Positions 39,186 through 49,908 of a DNA stretch of 64,000 bases are shown piece by piece. Location of the stretch: positions 864,001 to 928,000 of the forward strand of contig CAVYVF010000023.1 of NCBI GenBank assembly GCA_963771885.1, given 5' to 3'. The translations under genes and the position numbers were made by a program. The first letter of the stretch is position 1; every line of letters begins with the position of its first letter. Source of the stretch: Candidatus Bathyarchaeota archaeon (GTDB lineage Archaea > Thermoproteota > Bathyarchaeia > TCS64). The notes under the pieces were generated by a model, which did not search any database, was not told the origin of the DNA, and saw only the letters and a program-made list of their open reading frames with translations.

Positions 39186-40861
39186 TGGTTGATAAGACTA
39201 CTGTCGAGGTCATTCGTGGCGCGCTCGTCTACGCCGCCGAGGAGATGGGCATCGCCCTCAAGAAGTCGGCGTACAGCCCAAACATCAAGGAAAGGATGGA
39301 TCATAGCTGCGCCCTCTTCGACTCCAACCGCAGGCTCATCGCTCAGGCGGAGCACATTCCCGTCCACCTCGGCTCAATGGCCCTCGCTGTCCGCGAGGGA
39401 CTCGCCGCCTACAAGGGCATCTTAGAACCTGGAGATATGATACTCCTCAACGACCCCTACCTCAGCGGCACCCATCTCCCAGACCTCACACTCATAGCCC
39501 CCATCTACAGCGAGGAGCGGCTAATCGGCTACGCCGCTAACAAGGCGCACCACACCGACGTCGGCGGTAAGGCCCCCGGCAGCATCGCCGGAGACTCAAC
39601 GGAGCTATACCAGGAGGGTCTAATCATACCCCCCGTCAAGTTCGTCAAGGCCGGAGCCGTAGATCCCGAACTCGCGTTGCTACTGCGTAGCAACGTCAGG
39701 ACACCAGACGTTCAAATGGGGGACCTTCGCGCTCAGATCGCTGCGAACAACACGGGGGTCCGCCGCGTCGTCGAGCTAGTTGAGAAGTACAGTGCCGAGA
39801 CACTCAACGCTGCGATGGGCGAGATCATGGACTACTCTGAGCGCCGCATGAGAGCCGCCATCGGGGAGATGCCTCGCGGAGAATACGCGGCGTCCGACTA
39901 TATGGAGGACGTCCCCGGTATCGGCCTCGCTGAGATCAGGGTAAAAGTCACCGTTGAGGGGGATGGAGTCACATTCGACTACGCCGGCACATGCCAGCAG
40001 GTCGAGGCGCCTATCAATGCACCCCTCGGCGTCACCATCGCCGGCATCTACTACACACTAATAACCGTCACAGACCCCACAATCCCGGTGAACGATGGCT
40101 GCTTCCGCCCCATCACGCTGCAAATCCCAGAGGGTACCATGATTAACCCGAGGAGGCCTGCTCCCGTCGCCGGCGGCAACGTCGAGACGAGTCAGCGAAA
40201 CGTCGATGTCCTCATGAAGGCGTTCGCCGAGATCGTGCCCTCGCGGGTTCCGGCGGCGGGGCTTGGCACGATGAGTAACGTGAGCGTCGGCGGGACGCGC
40301 CTCGACGGGACGCCATGGACCTTTTACGAGACCATCGGTGGTGGCTCTGGTGCCCGCCCCAACGGCGACGGCGTCGACGGTGTCCACGTTAACATGACGA
40401 ATACGATGAACACGCCTATTGAGAGCCTCGAGGCGTACCTGCCGATGCGCTTCATCTCCTACGCCCTTCGCCCCGACACGGGCGGCCTCGGCGAGTACCG
40501 CGGTGGCTGCGGGATAGAGCGCGTCTGGGTGCTCACCGCCCCGAAGGCGACGCTGAGCGTCCTCGCCGAGAGGACGAAGATACATCCTTGGGGACTACGC
40601 GGGGGGAAGCCCGGCGGACTAGGCGAGTACAAAATAATGAAGAAGAGTGGAGAAACTATCACCCTGCCCTCGAAGTGTACGGTGCGTATCGAGGAGGGGG
40701 ATACCCTCATCATCCACACCCCGGGCGGAGGAGGCTACGGCGACCCCCATAAGCGCGATCCAGAGAGTGTGAGAAGGGACGTCCTAAACGGTCTGGTTTC
40801 CCCCGAGGTAGCGAGGCGAGAATACGGCATCGAGGTATCCGAAGATAAAAAAGCTGCTTAG
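39182..40861 (+). CDS. Hydantoinase B/oxoprolinase subunit
   Basis: SAYSPNIKERMDHSCA, HIPVHLG, NDPYLSGTHLPD, HHTDVGG and TPGGGGYG motifs. Confidence 0.93.
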   Translation: MMVDKTTVEVIRGALVYAAEEMGIALKKSAYSPNIKERMDHSCALFDSNRRLIAQAEHIPVHLGSMALAVREGLAAYKGILEPGDMILLNDPYLSGTHLPDLTLIAPIYSEERLIGYAANKAHHTDVGGKAPGSIAGDSTELYQEGLIIPPVKFVKAGAVDPELALLLRSNVRTPDVQMGDLRAQIAANNTGVRRVVELVEKYSAETLNAAMGEIMDYSERRMRAAIGEMPRGEYAASDYMEDVPGIGLAEIRVKVTVEGDGVTFDYAGTCQQVEAPINAPLGVTIAGIYYTLITVTDPTIPVNDGCFRPITLQIPEGTMINPRRPAPVAGGNVETSQRNVDVLMKAFAEIVPSRVPAAGLGTMSNVSVGGTRLDGTPWTFYETIGGGSGARPNGDGVDGVHVNMTNTMNTPIESLEAYLPMRFISYALRPDTGGLGEYRGGCGIERVWVLTAPKATLSVLAERTKIHPWGLRGGKPGGLGEYKIMKKSGETITLPSKCTVRIEEGDTLIIHTPGGGGYGDPHKRDPESVRRDVLNGLVSPEVARREYGIEVSEDKKAA

Positions 40862-40875
40862 GAATCCCTTCCCCA

Positions 40876-42070
40876 CTACGCCTTGAAGAAACCCTTCATA
40901 GCGATTATCACCAAGCCTGCTAAGAGGCTGAAGGCCGCGCTGAAGTAGAACACCCATTCTATGGGTGCAATGGATAGGATGTAGCTCGAGGCGAAGACGC
41001 CAATTGTGCCGCCGAGGCTCATCATCATTCCCCAGACCCCCGTGGCGGAGCCCCTGTCCCAGACTGGGAGCGCCTCCATGGTGACTGCCTGGCTCACTGG
41101 AAACTCGAGGACTGCGCAGAGGCCGAGGAGCCCCATCAGAGCGATGAGCATCCATGGCGCACCCGTGTAAGGGAGGAGGGCGAAGGCGACGACGCTGACT
41201 AGCAGGCCCATGACTATGGGGGTGAAGCGCCCGATCCTGTCAGAGAGGGTGCCCACTATGGGCAGCCCCACTGCAATCATAAGCGCGTTGGCCGTCAACG
41301 CCAATCCTATGGAGACCGAATTGAAGCCGAGCTTCGCCCCGAAGAGGGGTATGAAGGTTATGCAGCCCCCAGTGGCAGAAGGCGTGGCTGAAGACGGCGA
41401 CGGAGCCCACGAAGACCCTCCTGTTCCCGAGCATCCGGCGCACTGTCGCCGGGAACCCCTTGAGCATCTTGAGCGTCTCCCCCGACACCTTCCCGCCATT
41501 CATGTGCTCAATATCGGTGTGGGTCAATAGCCAGAAGATTATCATGCTCGTCCCTGTTAGGAGACCTGCGATCATGAAGACTGGGCGGTAGTCGGGGAAG
41601 TATAGGGCGAGGAAACCACCGAGGCTGGGGCCGATTATGCTGCTCGTCGCCCAACTCATGTGGAAGCGGCCCATCGCCGTCCCTGCCTTCTCTGGCGGGT
41701 ATAGGCTCGAGGCGTATGCCTCGGCGGGTGGGAAGAATATGCTGACTCCTAGCCCACTGACGAACATAGCGACTAGCGGGAGGAAGGCGTCTTGGGCGAG
41801 GAAGTATATGAAGGGCACAAGTGTGAGGAAGCCGAGGCCGAGGAAGATGAGTTTCTTCCTCCCAAATATGTCACTGAACGAGCCCGCGATGAGGCGGAGA
41901 AACGTCTGCTCAACGTTCCTGATGTTGTAGACGAGCCCGACGACGGCTGGCGATATACCTAGACCAGCGATGAAGAGGGGCTGGAAGCTCTGAGGAACCG
42001 TGTCGCCTAGCATTGCTGTGAAGGTGGCACCCCAGATGCCCATGAAGACTAGACGTTTTTTGTTGTCCAT
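40876..42070 (-). CDS. MFS transporter; +1 frameshift in the C5 run at 41366-41370
   Basis: GSFSDIFGRKK in the N-half and GTLSDRIGRF in the C-half. Removing one base joins ..FCHWGCITFIPL. Confidence 0.85.
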
Positions 42071-42199
42071 TGAGGTCTCTCGGTTATGCTGGGATACGGA
42101 GGCGACGGGCAGGGGATTAAAAGGTTACCAAGAAATGAGACAACCTAGTCGGGGGCTTTCATAGGGGTTATAAGCAACGACTCTGAAGCGTCCAATGAT

Positions 42200-42448
42200 A
42201 TGTGCCTAGCCATACCTGGGAAGATAGAGTCGATTGACGGTAGGACGGCGGTTGTCGACTTCGGTGGCGTCAAACGTGAGGCGATCATCGACCTCATGGA
42301 GAAGGGCACCGTAAACCCCGGCACATGGGTCCTCGTCCACACCGGCTTCGTCATACAGACTCTAGACGAGAACGAGGCCCTTGAGACGCTAGAGGCATGG
42401 AAAGAGGTCCTCGCTAACACCCCGAACCCTGATGATGTTAATCTCTAA
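42200..42448 (+). CDS. hypC: [NiFe]-hydrogenase assembly chaperone HypC/HupF
   Basis: MCLAIPGKI, VDFGGVKRE and WVLVHTGF motifs. Confidence 0.95.
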   Translation: MCLAIPGKIESIDGRTAVVDFGGVKREAIIDLMEKGTVNPGTWVLVHTGFVIQTLDENEALETLEAWKEVLANTPNPDDVNL

Positions 42449-42635
42449 ATTTTACACTTCCCCGTAGAGCCAGATACCGTTAACTCTGGCGTTTTATATA
42501 CTGGTGTTCTGAACCGCGCGCGTGGTGAGCATCTCCACCAAAAAAGTGCCTTAATTCTCATGGCTGGAACAATGGCTTGAGCGCTTTTCATATGTACAAA
42601 ATTGATGACAATGAATATTCAGAGACAGTTGCGGT

Positions 42636-44072
42636 TTAGAGTAGGCCTTTCTTCACCGCTTTGGCTAGGTAGCCGTCGACGGCTAGGAAATCATCGGCGG
42701 CCTTTGAGGTGACCTCGTCGGAGGCTCTTTGAGCCTTAGCCATGACCTCCTCCTCATCGAGGGTGACGCACCTCCTGTTCTCGACGACGAATTTGCCGTT
42801 GACGATGACCGTCTCGACCTCGTCGCCGCGGCTATAGTAGATTATGTTTGGGGCTACGTTGCGGACGGGGCGCGTGATGTTCGGAACCATGTGTGGGGCG
42901 TGCAGGTCGAAGACGAGGATGTCCGCCTTCTTCCCAACCTCGAGACTGCCGATCTGGTCGCCGAGTCCTATCGTATTAGCGCCGCCTATCGTCGCGATTC
43001 TGAGCATCTCCCACGCGGGGAGAACCGTCGGGTCCCTATGGCGCACCTTGTTTAGCAGCGCGGCGGTCTTCATGCCGATGAGCATGTTATGTCCTGTGCT
43101 GCCGGGAGCCTGATCGCTTCCGAGGCCCGCGTATTTACCCCCCTGCTGGATGAAGAGGGCGAGGGGAGGCACTATGCCGTCGATGAGGGCGATGCTCGCT
43201 GGGCAACTCGCGTATCTGACCCCCCTCTTGGCGAGGATGGCTACCTCGTCTTCCGTCGAGTGGTGGCAGTGAGCCGCGATGACGTTGTCATCGAGGAACC
43301 CGATCTTGTCGAGGTACCTTATCGTGGTCGTGTCGTAGCGGAGCTTGATCTGTATAGCCTCCCGCTGACCCTGCGCGACGTGTATGTGGCAGAGTTTACC
43401 ACGTTTGACGGCCTCCTCCTTCGTTCGCTCAAGGAGGCTGCGGCTCATCATGTCAGCGCCGTGGGGGGCGAAGATGCAGTTGATCCTTCCCTCACCCGCG
43501 CCATCCCAGCGCTCCACAACCTCGATGCCCGCCTTGAACTTCTGCTCACCGAGCGCCTCGTCGAATATATAGGGCTTATTTGCGTCGGGGCGGCTATTGG
43601 GGCCGATCTCGTTTATCGTGTCGGCTATGTTGGCACGTACGCCGGCGGGGATGAAGACCTTCTCGGCGACGTGGCCCTCGTTGACACCTATCTCGCCGAA
43701 TGTGGTCACACCGCTCTTTACCCCCTCGAGGACTCCTAGGGCACCCGCCGCGATGCTGTGCTCTGGCTTGATGTATTTGGAGAAGGGAGCCATGGTTTTG
43801 AGCATCCACTCTATCTCGGGGACGTCCTGCGCCTCGCCGCGAATGATCGTGTGGCCGGTGTGTATGTGGACGTCTACAAAGCCGGGGAGGACGGCCTTCC
43901 CCTTCGCCTCTATCACGCGCTTCGAGTTCGCATGACTCTTGTTGAGTTCGTGGGTCTTGCCCACAGCGACAATATTCTGGCCTTCGATGGCGACAGCGCC
44001 GTCCTCGACGACGCCTAGTCCCTCGCCGCGCATGGTGAGGAGGGTTCCGCCTCTGATGTAGATGTCTGCCAT
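42636..44072 (-). CDS. Metal-dependent amidohydrolase (MtaD/deaminase-like)
   Basis: PGFVDVHIH, HIHVAQ, AAHC, GLGSD and GSLEVGKKAD motifs. Confidence 0.9.
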   Translation of the reverse strand: MADIYIRGGTLLTMRGEGLGVVEDGAVAIEGQNIVAVGKTHELNKSHANSKRVIEAKGKAVLPGFVDVHIHTGHTIIRGEAQDVPEIEWMLKTMAPFSKYIKPEHSIAAGALGVLEGVKSGVTTFGEIGVNEGHVAEKVFIPAGVRANIADTINEIGPNSRPDANKPYIFDEALGEQKFKAGIEVVERWDGAGEGRINCIFAPHGADMMSRSLLERTKEEAVKRGKLCHIHVAQGQREAIQIKLRYDTTTIRYLDKIGFLDDNVIAAHCHHSTEDEVAILAKRGVRYASCPASIALIDGIVPPLALFIQQGGKYAGLGSDQAPGSTGHNMLIGMKTAALLNKVRHRDPTVLPAWEMLRIATIGGANTIGLGDQIGSLEVGKKADILVFDLHAPHMVPNITRPVRNVAPNIIYYSRGDEVETVIVNGKFVVENRRCVTLDEEEVMAKAQRASDEVTSKAADDFLAVDGYLAKAVKKGLL

Positions 44073-44182
44073 TGGGTTCCGGTAGTTGTGCGCCACATCA
44101 TATTTTACATCTTCGGTGTGTGGGTGGTGTGTTCGCCACTGCGCTGGGGCACGGGTTGTTCAATTGATTGAAAACGAGTTGT

Positions 44183-44659
44183 TTACCTAGCCACGTTCAC
44201 AGGGGTGATCTTGAGGGCCTTCTGTATCTCCTCAGGTGTGATCTCGAGGATGAAGCCACGTTGGCCCCCGTTGATATAGAATCGGGGTAGCTGAAGTATG
44301 GATTCCTCGGCGTAGACGGGCATCTGGCGCTTCGTGCCGAACGGGCTAATCCCGCCTACGAGGTAACCCGTGTGACGTTGTGCGTCCTTGACGTCGCAGG
44401 CTGAGACGTTCTTCGCCCCTATCTGGCGGGCGAGGTCCTTTAGGCTCACCTCCTTATCCCCATGCTGGAGCATGACTATGGGCTCCCCAGCGTCCCTCTG
44501 CATGATTAGAGTCTTCACAACCACATGAAGACTAACTCCGAGTCCGTCTGCAGCTATTTCGGAGCCCTTTCGGGCGTAGTCGTATGTGTGCTTTTTGTAA
44601 TTGACGCCGAGTTCGTCGAGGTGCGCAGTCGCAGGCGTTGTTGGGAACCGCTTCGACAT
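44183..44659 (-). CDS. ybaK: YbaK/EbsC aminoacyl-tRNA deacylase
   Basis: TPA, VVKTL, TGYLVGGISPFG and INGGQRG motifs. Confidence 0.9.
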   Translation of the reverse strand: MSKRFPTTPATAHLDELGVNYKKHTYDYARKGSEIAADGLGVSLHVVVKTLIMQRDAGEPIVMLQHGDKEVSLKDLARQIGAKNVSACDVKDAQRHTGYLVGGISPFGTKRQMPVYAEESILQLPRFYINGGQRGFILEITPEEIQKALKITPVNVAR

Positions 44660-44736
44660 GGGATAAGGGTCGCACCAATCCCCGTTTAGGGTTTACGGCG
44701 CCTGTGTCAAATAGATCCGCCAACAAGGTAGTGGGC

Positions 44737-45855
44737 ATGATAAGCGTAGAGGAGATCAGGTGCGACTTCCCCGCACTCGAGAAGTGGGTGTATCTTGACA
44801 ACGCCTTCGTCGGGCTGATGCCCCGGCCTGTGAGGGAGGGCTATGAAAATTGGGCTGACGAGTGGATGAACTTCGAGGTGGGCAACAGAACCATCCTATC
44901 CGGATGGCTTGAGAAGGCGACTGCCGTCAGAGAGATGATGGCGAAGTTCGTAGGCGTCTCCCCCCTCGAAATCGCCTACACCATGTGCACAGGCAGCGGC
45001 CTCAACATAGTGATCAATGGAACCAAGTGGAGGAGGGGGGACAACGTCGTCTTCGCGGAGTGGGAGCATAACCCCCTTGACACCCACACCACGAGGCGCA
45101 ACGGCGTCGAGTCACGCGTCTGGAAGCCGCAGAACGGCAGATTCCTCATATCCGATTTGGAGAAGCTGGTCGACGACAAGACTCGACTGGTACAGGTGAG
45201 CGACGTCAGCTACGTTAACGGATTCCGTGCCGACCTGAAGGCGGCAGCCAACGTCGCCCACCGCCACGGGGGCAAACTCCTCGTAGACGCCACGCAGGCA
45301 GTAGGCGCGCTCAAGGTCGATTACAAGCGGGACGGCGCTGACTACGTCTCCTGGGCACCCTACAAGTACCTGATGGGCCCCGCCGGCCTCGCCTTCCTCT
45401 ACGTCGACGAGGGGTCGATAAGGGAATTGACTCCCGACAGGGTAGGGTGGAAGAATCAGATCTGGGAGGGCGCCCACGCGGAGGACAAGACGCCGGAGGA
45501 CACAGCTGAGAAGTTCGAATACGGAACAATCAACTTCCAGGGCGTCTACGCGATGGAGGCGTCCCTCAGGTATCTGAGCCGACTCGGTATCGACTTCGTC
45601 GAGAAGCGCGTCCTCGACACAACCGACTACCTATACAAGCGACTCTGCGAGCAGGGCAAGGAGTTGTGGACGCCTGAAGGAAACAAGGCGCCAGTAGTCA
45701 CCTATATGCAGGACAGCGCAGTCGCCCTCGCCGAGAGACTGAAGGAGGCGAAAATCAAGGTTACAGGTCGCGAGGCACATGGCGGTCACATGAGGATCAG
45801 CGCCCACTTCTATAACACGCGGGGCGACGTCGACAAGCTCATCGACGCCTTATAA
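44737..45855 (+). CDS. Class V PLP-dependent aminotransferase (cysteine-desulfurase-like fold)
   Basis: YLDNA, EH, VDATQAVG, YKYLMGP.G, FEYGT and RISAHFYNT motifs; no RxGxHC catalytic Cys loop. Confidence 0.88.
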   Translation: MISVEEIRCDFPALEKWVYLDNAFVGLMPRPVREGYENWADEWMNFEVGNRTILSGWLEKATAVREMMAKFVGVSPLEIAYTMCTGSGLNIVINGTKWRRGDNVVFAEWEHNPLDTHTTRRNGVESRVWKPQNGRFLISDLEKLVDDKTRLVQVSDVSYVNGFRADLKAAANVAHRHGGKLLVDATQAVGALKVDYKRDGADYVSWAPYKYLMGPAGLAFLYVDEGSIRELTPDRVGWKNQIWEGAHAEDKTPEDTAEKFEYGTINFQGVYAMEASLRYLSRLGIDFVEKRVLDTTDYLYKRLCEQGKELWTPEGNKAPVVTYMQDSAVALAERLKEAKIKVTGREAHGGHMRISAHFYNTRGDVDKLIDAL

Positions 45856-45996
45856 TCACTTTAAATCGCTCCACGTGTACTCGTCGGCCTCCCACGAGTA
45901 GGAGCCAATCTTCACACTCTTCGTTTCGCCGTCTACGATCAAGTATTTGTAGAAGTCGTAGCGCGTGCGTTTTTGATTGAAATTCTTACAAAGGGG

Positions 45997-47715
45997 TTAG
46001 GACACGTGCGGCAGCCCCTGCTTCTCCGCCTTCTCAATCCACTTCGGCACCGGCGGGATCAGTTTGTCTTCGGGCTTGACAATGACCTCGGTGAAGGTGG
46101 GGGCCTTCTTGGCGAGGTTCATTTTAAGTGCGGTGCCGAGGTCGGCAGGTTTTCCTACTCGAATCGCCTCGATACCGAAGCCCTCCGCGATTTTCACATA
46201 GTCGACTGGCTTGAAGTTCGTGGCGAAGTCGACATACTCCTTGCCGTAACTGAGTAGCCACTCGGCACGTATCCAGCCGTAGCTGACATTGTTTAGGAGG
46301 ATTATGTGGTTAGGGCCGCCTACGCGCGCTACGGTCTCAAGTTCTCCAGCGGTGAAGCCGAAGCTACCGTCTCCGACAAGGGTTATCACGGCGCTGTTCG
46401 GACGCGCTAGACGTGCACCTATACTGGCTGGAATGGCGTACCCCAGGGCACCAACAGCGTAGTTGAATACCATTCTGCGTCCAGCCTCTGCCTGCCTGAG
46501 GTAGGCAGCCGTGTAGACTGCTGCGATGCCTACGTCCGTGACGAGTGCGTAGTCCTTAGGTAGCGCGTCGCTGAGCTCCTTCGCTAACCTGAGTGGGTGG
46601 ACGGGCACATCGTTACTCAACATGAGCTCCGAGGCGTATGCCTCGTACTCCGCCTTCTGCTTCTGGATCGCCTTGATGCGGGGTAGTTTGTGCACCTTCT
46701 TCTCTTGCTTCTCGGCGACCTCGATCATGACGCGTAGCGTCGCGGCAGCGTCGCCTATGAGAGCGACCTCTGCGGGGTAGTTGTTCCCTACTTCGCCACC
46801 GTCGATGTTGAGCTGCAGTATCTTTGCCTTCGTGTCGAGGGGCGGTATCTTCCAGCCGTCGGTGGCGGTGGAGTCGGTGCTCGAGCCGACGTAGAATATC
46901 ACGTCCGCCTCAGAGATCACCTTATTCGCGTAGGTCGAGCCGCCGCGGGCGCCGGTGACGCCTATGCTGAGTGGGTGGGCCTCGGGGAAGGCACCCTTCG
47001 CGTTTATAGTGGTGCCGACGGGGACGCCGTATAGCTCCGCGAGCACTTGTACCTCGCCCCACGCCTGGCTGAGGAGGACGCCCTGACCGCAGACGATGAC
47101 AGGGCGATGCGCCGAACCGAGCACCTTTAGTGCTTCGCTGATCTTGGCGAGCTCCGCGACGCCGCGATGGCCGGGGTAGGTCTTGAAGTCGGCTTGAGCG
47201 TAGAGCTGGGGTTCTCCTATCTCCTCATCCTGCTTGTCGCTGGGGAACCTGATGTGTACGGGGCCCGGCTTCCCAGTCGTGGCTATGCGGAAAGCGCGAC
47301 GCACTATGCTGGGGAGATCGGACGCCTCCGTGACCGTGATGCTTTCCTTTGTTATCCCACGAAAGAGTGCTGATTGGTCGAGGCCCGTCAGGGTGTTGCG
47401 CCTCTCGTAGTGGAGAGGTATGTCGCTCGCGATTACGACCATGGGGATCGACGCCTTATAGGCCTCGGCGACGCCTGGTACCAAGTGTGTGGCGCCGACG
47501 CTCGGCCCCTCGCAGACACCCGGCTTGAAACTGAACCGCGCGTAAGCATCGGCTGCGAAGGCGGCGCTTCTCTCGTCACGCATCATGATGTGCTTGACCT
47601 CTGGGGTCTGCGACCACTCCCTGTACCAGGGGAGGGTCGTCTCGCCGGGGAGGCCGAAGACATCGTCTACACTGTACGCCTTCAGCATCTCCATCATAGC
47701 CCTAGAAGCGTTCAT
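45997..47715 (-). CDS. Thiamine-pyrophosphate-binding protein (acetolactate synthase-like family)
   Basis: VFGLPGE, RDERSAAFAADAYAR, GPVH, LGYAIP and GDGSF...LNN motifs. Confidence 0.9.
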   Translation of the reverse strand: MNASRAMMEMLKAYSVDDVFGLPGETTLPWYREWSQTPEVKHIMMRDERSAAFAADAYARFSFKPGVCEGPSVGATHLVPGVAEAYKASIPMVVIASDIPLHYERRNTLTGLDQSALFRGITKESITVTEASDLPSIVRRAFRIATTGKPGPVHIRFPSDKQDEEIGEPQLYAQADFKTYPGHRGVAELAKISEALKVLGSAHRPVIVCGQGVLLSQAWGEVQVLAELYGVPVGTTINAKGAFPEAHPLSIGVTGARGGSTYANKVISEADVIFYVGSSTDSTATDGWKIPPLDTKAKILQLNIDGGEVGNNYPAEVALIGDAAATLRVMIEVAEKQEKKVHKLPRIKAIQKQKAEYEAYASELMLSNDVPVHPLRLAKELSDALPKDYALVTDVGIAAVYTAAYLRQAEAGRRMVFNYAVGALGYAIPASIGARLARPNSAVITLVGDGSFGFTAGELETVARVGGPNHIILLNNVSYGWIRAEWLLSYGKEYVDFATNFKPVDYVKIAEGFGIEAIRVGKPADLGTALKMNLAKKAPTFTEVIVKPEDKLIPPVPKWIEKAEKQGLPHVS

Positions 47716-47843
47716 CGCGATGAACCGAACATTGCCCAAGAGGAGATAAGTGCTTCTAGGGGTCTGGAGTAATTTTTTACCCTAGTGAAATCTAGACGGC
47801 AACAGCTTTTAGGGCGCTGGGTCGGGATAGTTTTGAATTAGCC

Positions 47844-48665
47844 TTGATCGAGATTCGCTTCCACGGAAGGGGCGGACAGGGTGCCGTCACCGCCGTGAAG
47901 ATACTCGCGTCAGCGATCTACCTAGAGGGCAAGTACACTCAAGCGATCCCTATGTACGGCACCGAGAGGCGTGGGGCACCCGTAGCCGCCTTCTGCCGCG
48001 TAGACGACACACGCATACGCGAACGCGACCTAGTACACGAACCCGATATCGTCGTCGTCCTTGACCCGCTCCTTAACAGGAGCGTCGACGTAACGGACGG
48101 CCTCAAGAAGGATGGGCTCGTAATAGTAAACCACCCCGGCTCAGCGAAGGATACCGGGCTCTCCGGCGACTTTAAGATCGCCACAGTCGACGCGACCAAG
48201 ATCGCACTCGACGTGATCGGCAGACCCATTACGAACACAGCGATTCTGGGCGCCTTTGCTAAGGCCACGGGTCTCGTTACAATCGACTCGCTCGCCAAGT
48301 CGCTCAGCATGGAGCTCTCCGAGCGCCTGATCCCGAAGAACGTGGAGGCGATGAAGAAGGCGTACGAGGCGACCAGCGCCCCCGTAGATGCCTCCGGCTT
48401 CAAGAAGGCCGAGATAGTTAAGAAGGCGTCAACCCAACCACTCATCTCGTACTCTCGCAACGTCTCCGACTGGCGCGTCATACGCCCCGTCGTCGACAAG
48501 GCGAAGTGCGTCGGCTGCAAGCGTTGCTGGGTTTATTGCCCGGAGACGGCGGTCGAGATGAAGGAGAACAAAGCCGAGATCAACTATGACTACTGCAAGG
48601 GCTGCGGTATCTGCTCGGAGGAGTGCCTCGTAGGCGCCGTAAAGATGGTGAGGGAGGAAGTCTAA
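47844..48665 (+). CDS. Pyruvate/ketoisovalerate:ferredoxin oxidoreductase fused gamma+delta subunit
   Basis: [11 protein letters not shown] and [10 protein letters not shown] (gamma), then [19 protein letters not shown] and [12 protein letters not shown] (delta). Confidence 0.9.
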
Positions 48666-49904
48666 ATGAAGTCTGAAGTTATGGTCGGCAACAAGGCCGT
48701 CGCCTACGCGACGAAGTTAGCTCGTGCGAACCTCATCGCAGCTTATCCAATCACCCCTCAGACGACCATCGTCGAGTACCTGAGCGAGTTCGTCGCCGCA
48801 GGCGACCTAAAGGCGGAGTACGTAGCCGTCGAGGGCGAGATCACGGCGCAGCTCGTCTGCCTTAGTGGCAGCATCGCGGGTGCGCGTGCATTCACGGCGA
48901 CGTCCGGCGAGGGTCTCCTCTATATGAGCCACGCCCTCCACCACACGGCGCGCTACTGGGCACCCGTTGTTATGGCGGTCTGTAATAGGAGCGTACGCAC
49001 GATGCAGCCCGACCACACAGATCTTCTAGCACAGCGCGAGACGGGCTGGATTCAGCTCTACTGCGAGAACAACCAGGAGGTCCTCGACACTGGAATCATG
49101 GCATATAAGATCGCGGAGGATGAACGAGTTCGCCTCCCCGTCGCCTACGCACTTGACGGCTACGTCCTCAGCTTCACAGCAGAGCCCGTCGAGATACCTG
49201 AACAGGAGAAGGTCGACGCGTGGCTACCGCCCTTCAAGACCCAGTACCCCGTTCTCCCAGAGACATGGGATAACGACTTAGCGGAGTACAAGAAGCACTG
49301 GGAGCAGGGCAAGAGCATCAACGAACCGTTCACTGCCTGGGCTGGTGACGAGAACTTCAGCCACCTCACGATGATCGGCTGGAAGGGGCATGACCTCCAG
49401 TGGCGTTGGAGAGCGCACCAGGAGGCAATGATGAGGGCGAAGAAGGTCATCAGAGAAGTCAACGAGGAGTACGGTGAGCTCTTCGGCAGAAGATACGGCG
49501 ACGGGCTCCTCGAGGAGTACCGCACAGAGGACGCCGACGCCGTAATAGTTGCAATGGGCACACTCGCAAGCACATCGCGCGCCGCCGTTGACAAGATGAG
49601 GAAGGAGGGCAAGCGCATAGGCCTCGTTAAGCTCAAGTCTTATAGGCCCTTCCCCGACGAGGACTTCAGAGACATAGCCAAGAGGATACACACGATCGGT
49701 GTCATCGACCGCAACATCAGTCTCGGCGAGAACGGCATAGCCTACGGCTCCATAAGGAGCGCCGTCTACGACATGAAGGACCGCCCAAAAGTCCTCGGTT
49801 ACTACGCAGGCCTCGCAGGGCGCGAGGTCAGGGTAAGGGACATCGAGAAGGCGGCGGAGAAGACGCTCAAGGGTGGCGAAGAGGCGCCCACCTGGATAGG
49901 GTGA
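48666..49904 (+). CDS. porA: Pyruvate/2-ketoacid:ferredoxin oxidoreductase alpha subunit (Por family)
   Basis: AAYPITPQT, FTATSGEGL, DGYVLS, YRPFP and GLAGR motifs. Confidence 0.85.
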   Translation: MKSEVMVGNKAVAYATKLARANLIAAYPITPQTTIVEYLSEFVAAGDLKAEYVAVEGEITAQLVCLSGSIAGARAFTATSGEGLLYMSHALHHTARYWAPVVMAVCNRSVRTMQPDHTDLLAQRETGWIQLYCENNQEVLDTGIMAYKIAEDERVRLPVAYALDGYVLSFTAEPVEIPEQEKVDAWLPPFKTQYPVLPETWDNDLAEYKKHWEQGKSINEPFTAWAGDENFSHLTMIGWKGHDLQWRWRAHQEAMMRAKKVIREVNEEYGELFGRRYGDGLLEEYRTEDADAVIVAMGTLASTSRAAVDKMRKEGKRIGLVKLKSYRPFPDEDFRDIAKRIHTIGVIDRNISLGENGIAYGSIRSAVYDMKDRPKVLGYYAGLAGREVRVRDIEKAAEKTLKGGEEAPTWIG

Positions 49905-49908
49905 TGAA

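Noticed and set aside
45856..45999. Stop-codon readthrough extending the TPP enzyme
   Set aside because: The stop is TAA at a natural-looking C-terminus, the linker is AT-rich like intergenic DNA, and in-frame alignment has a one-in-three chance.
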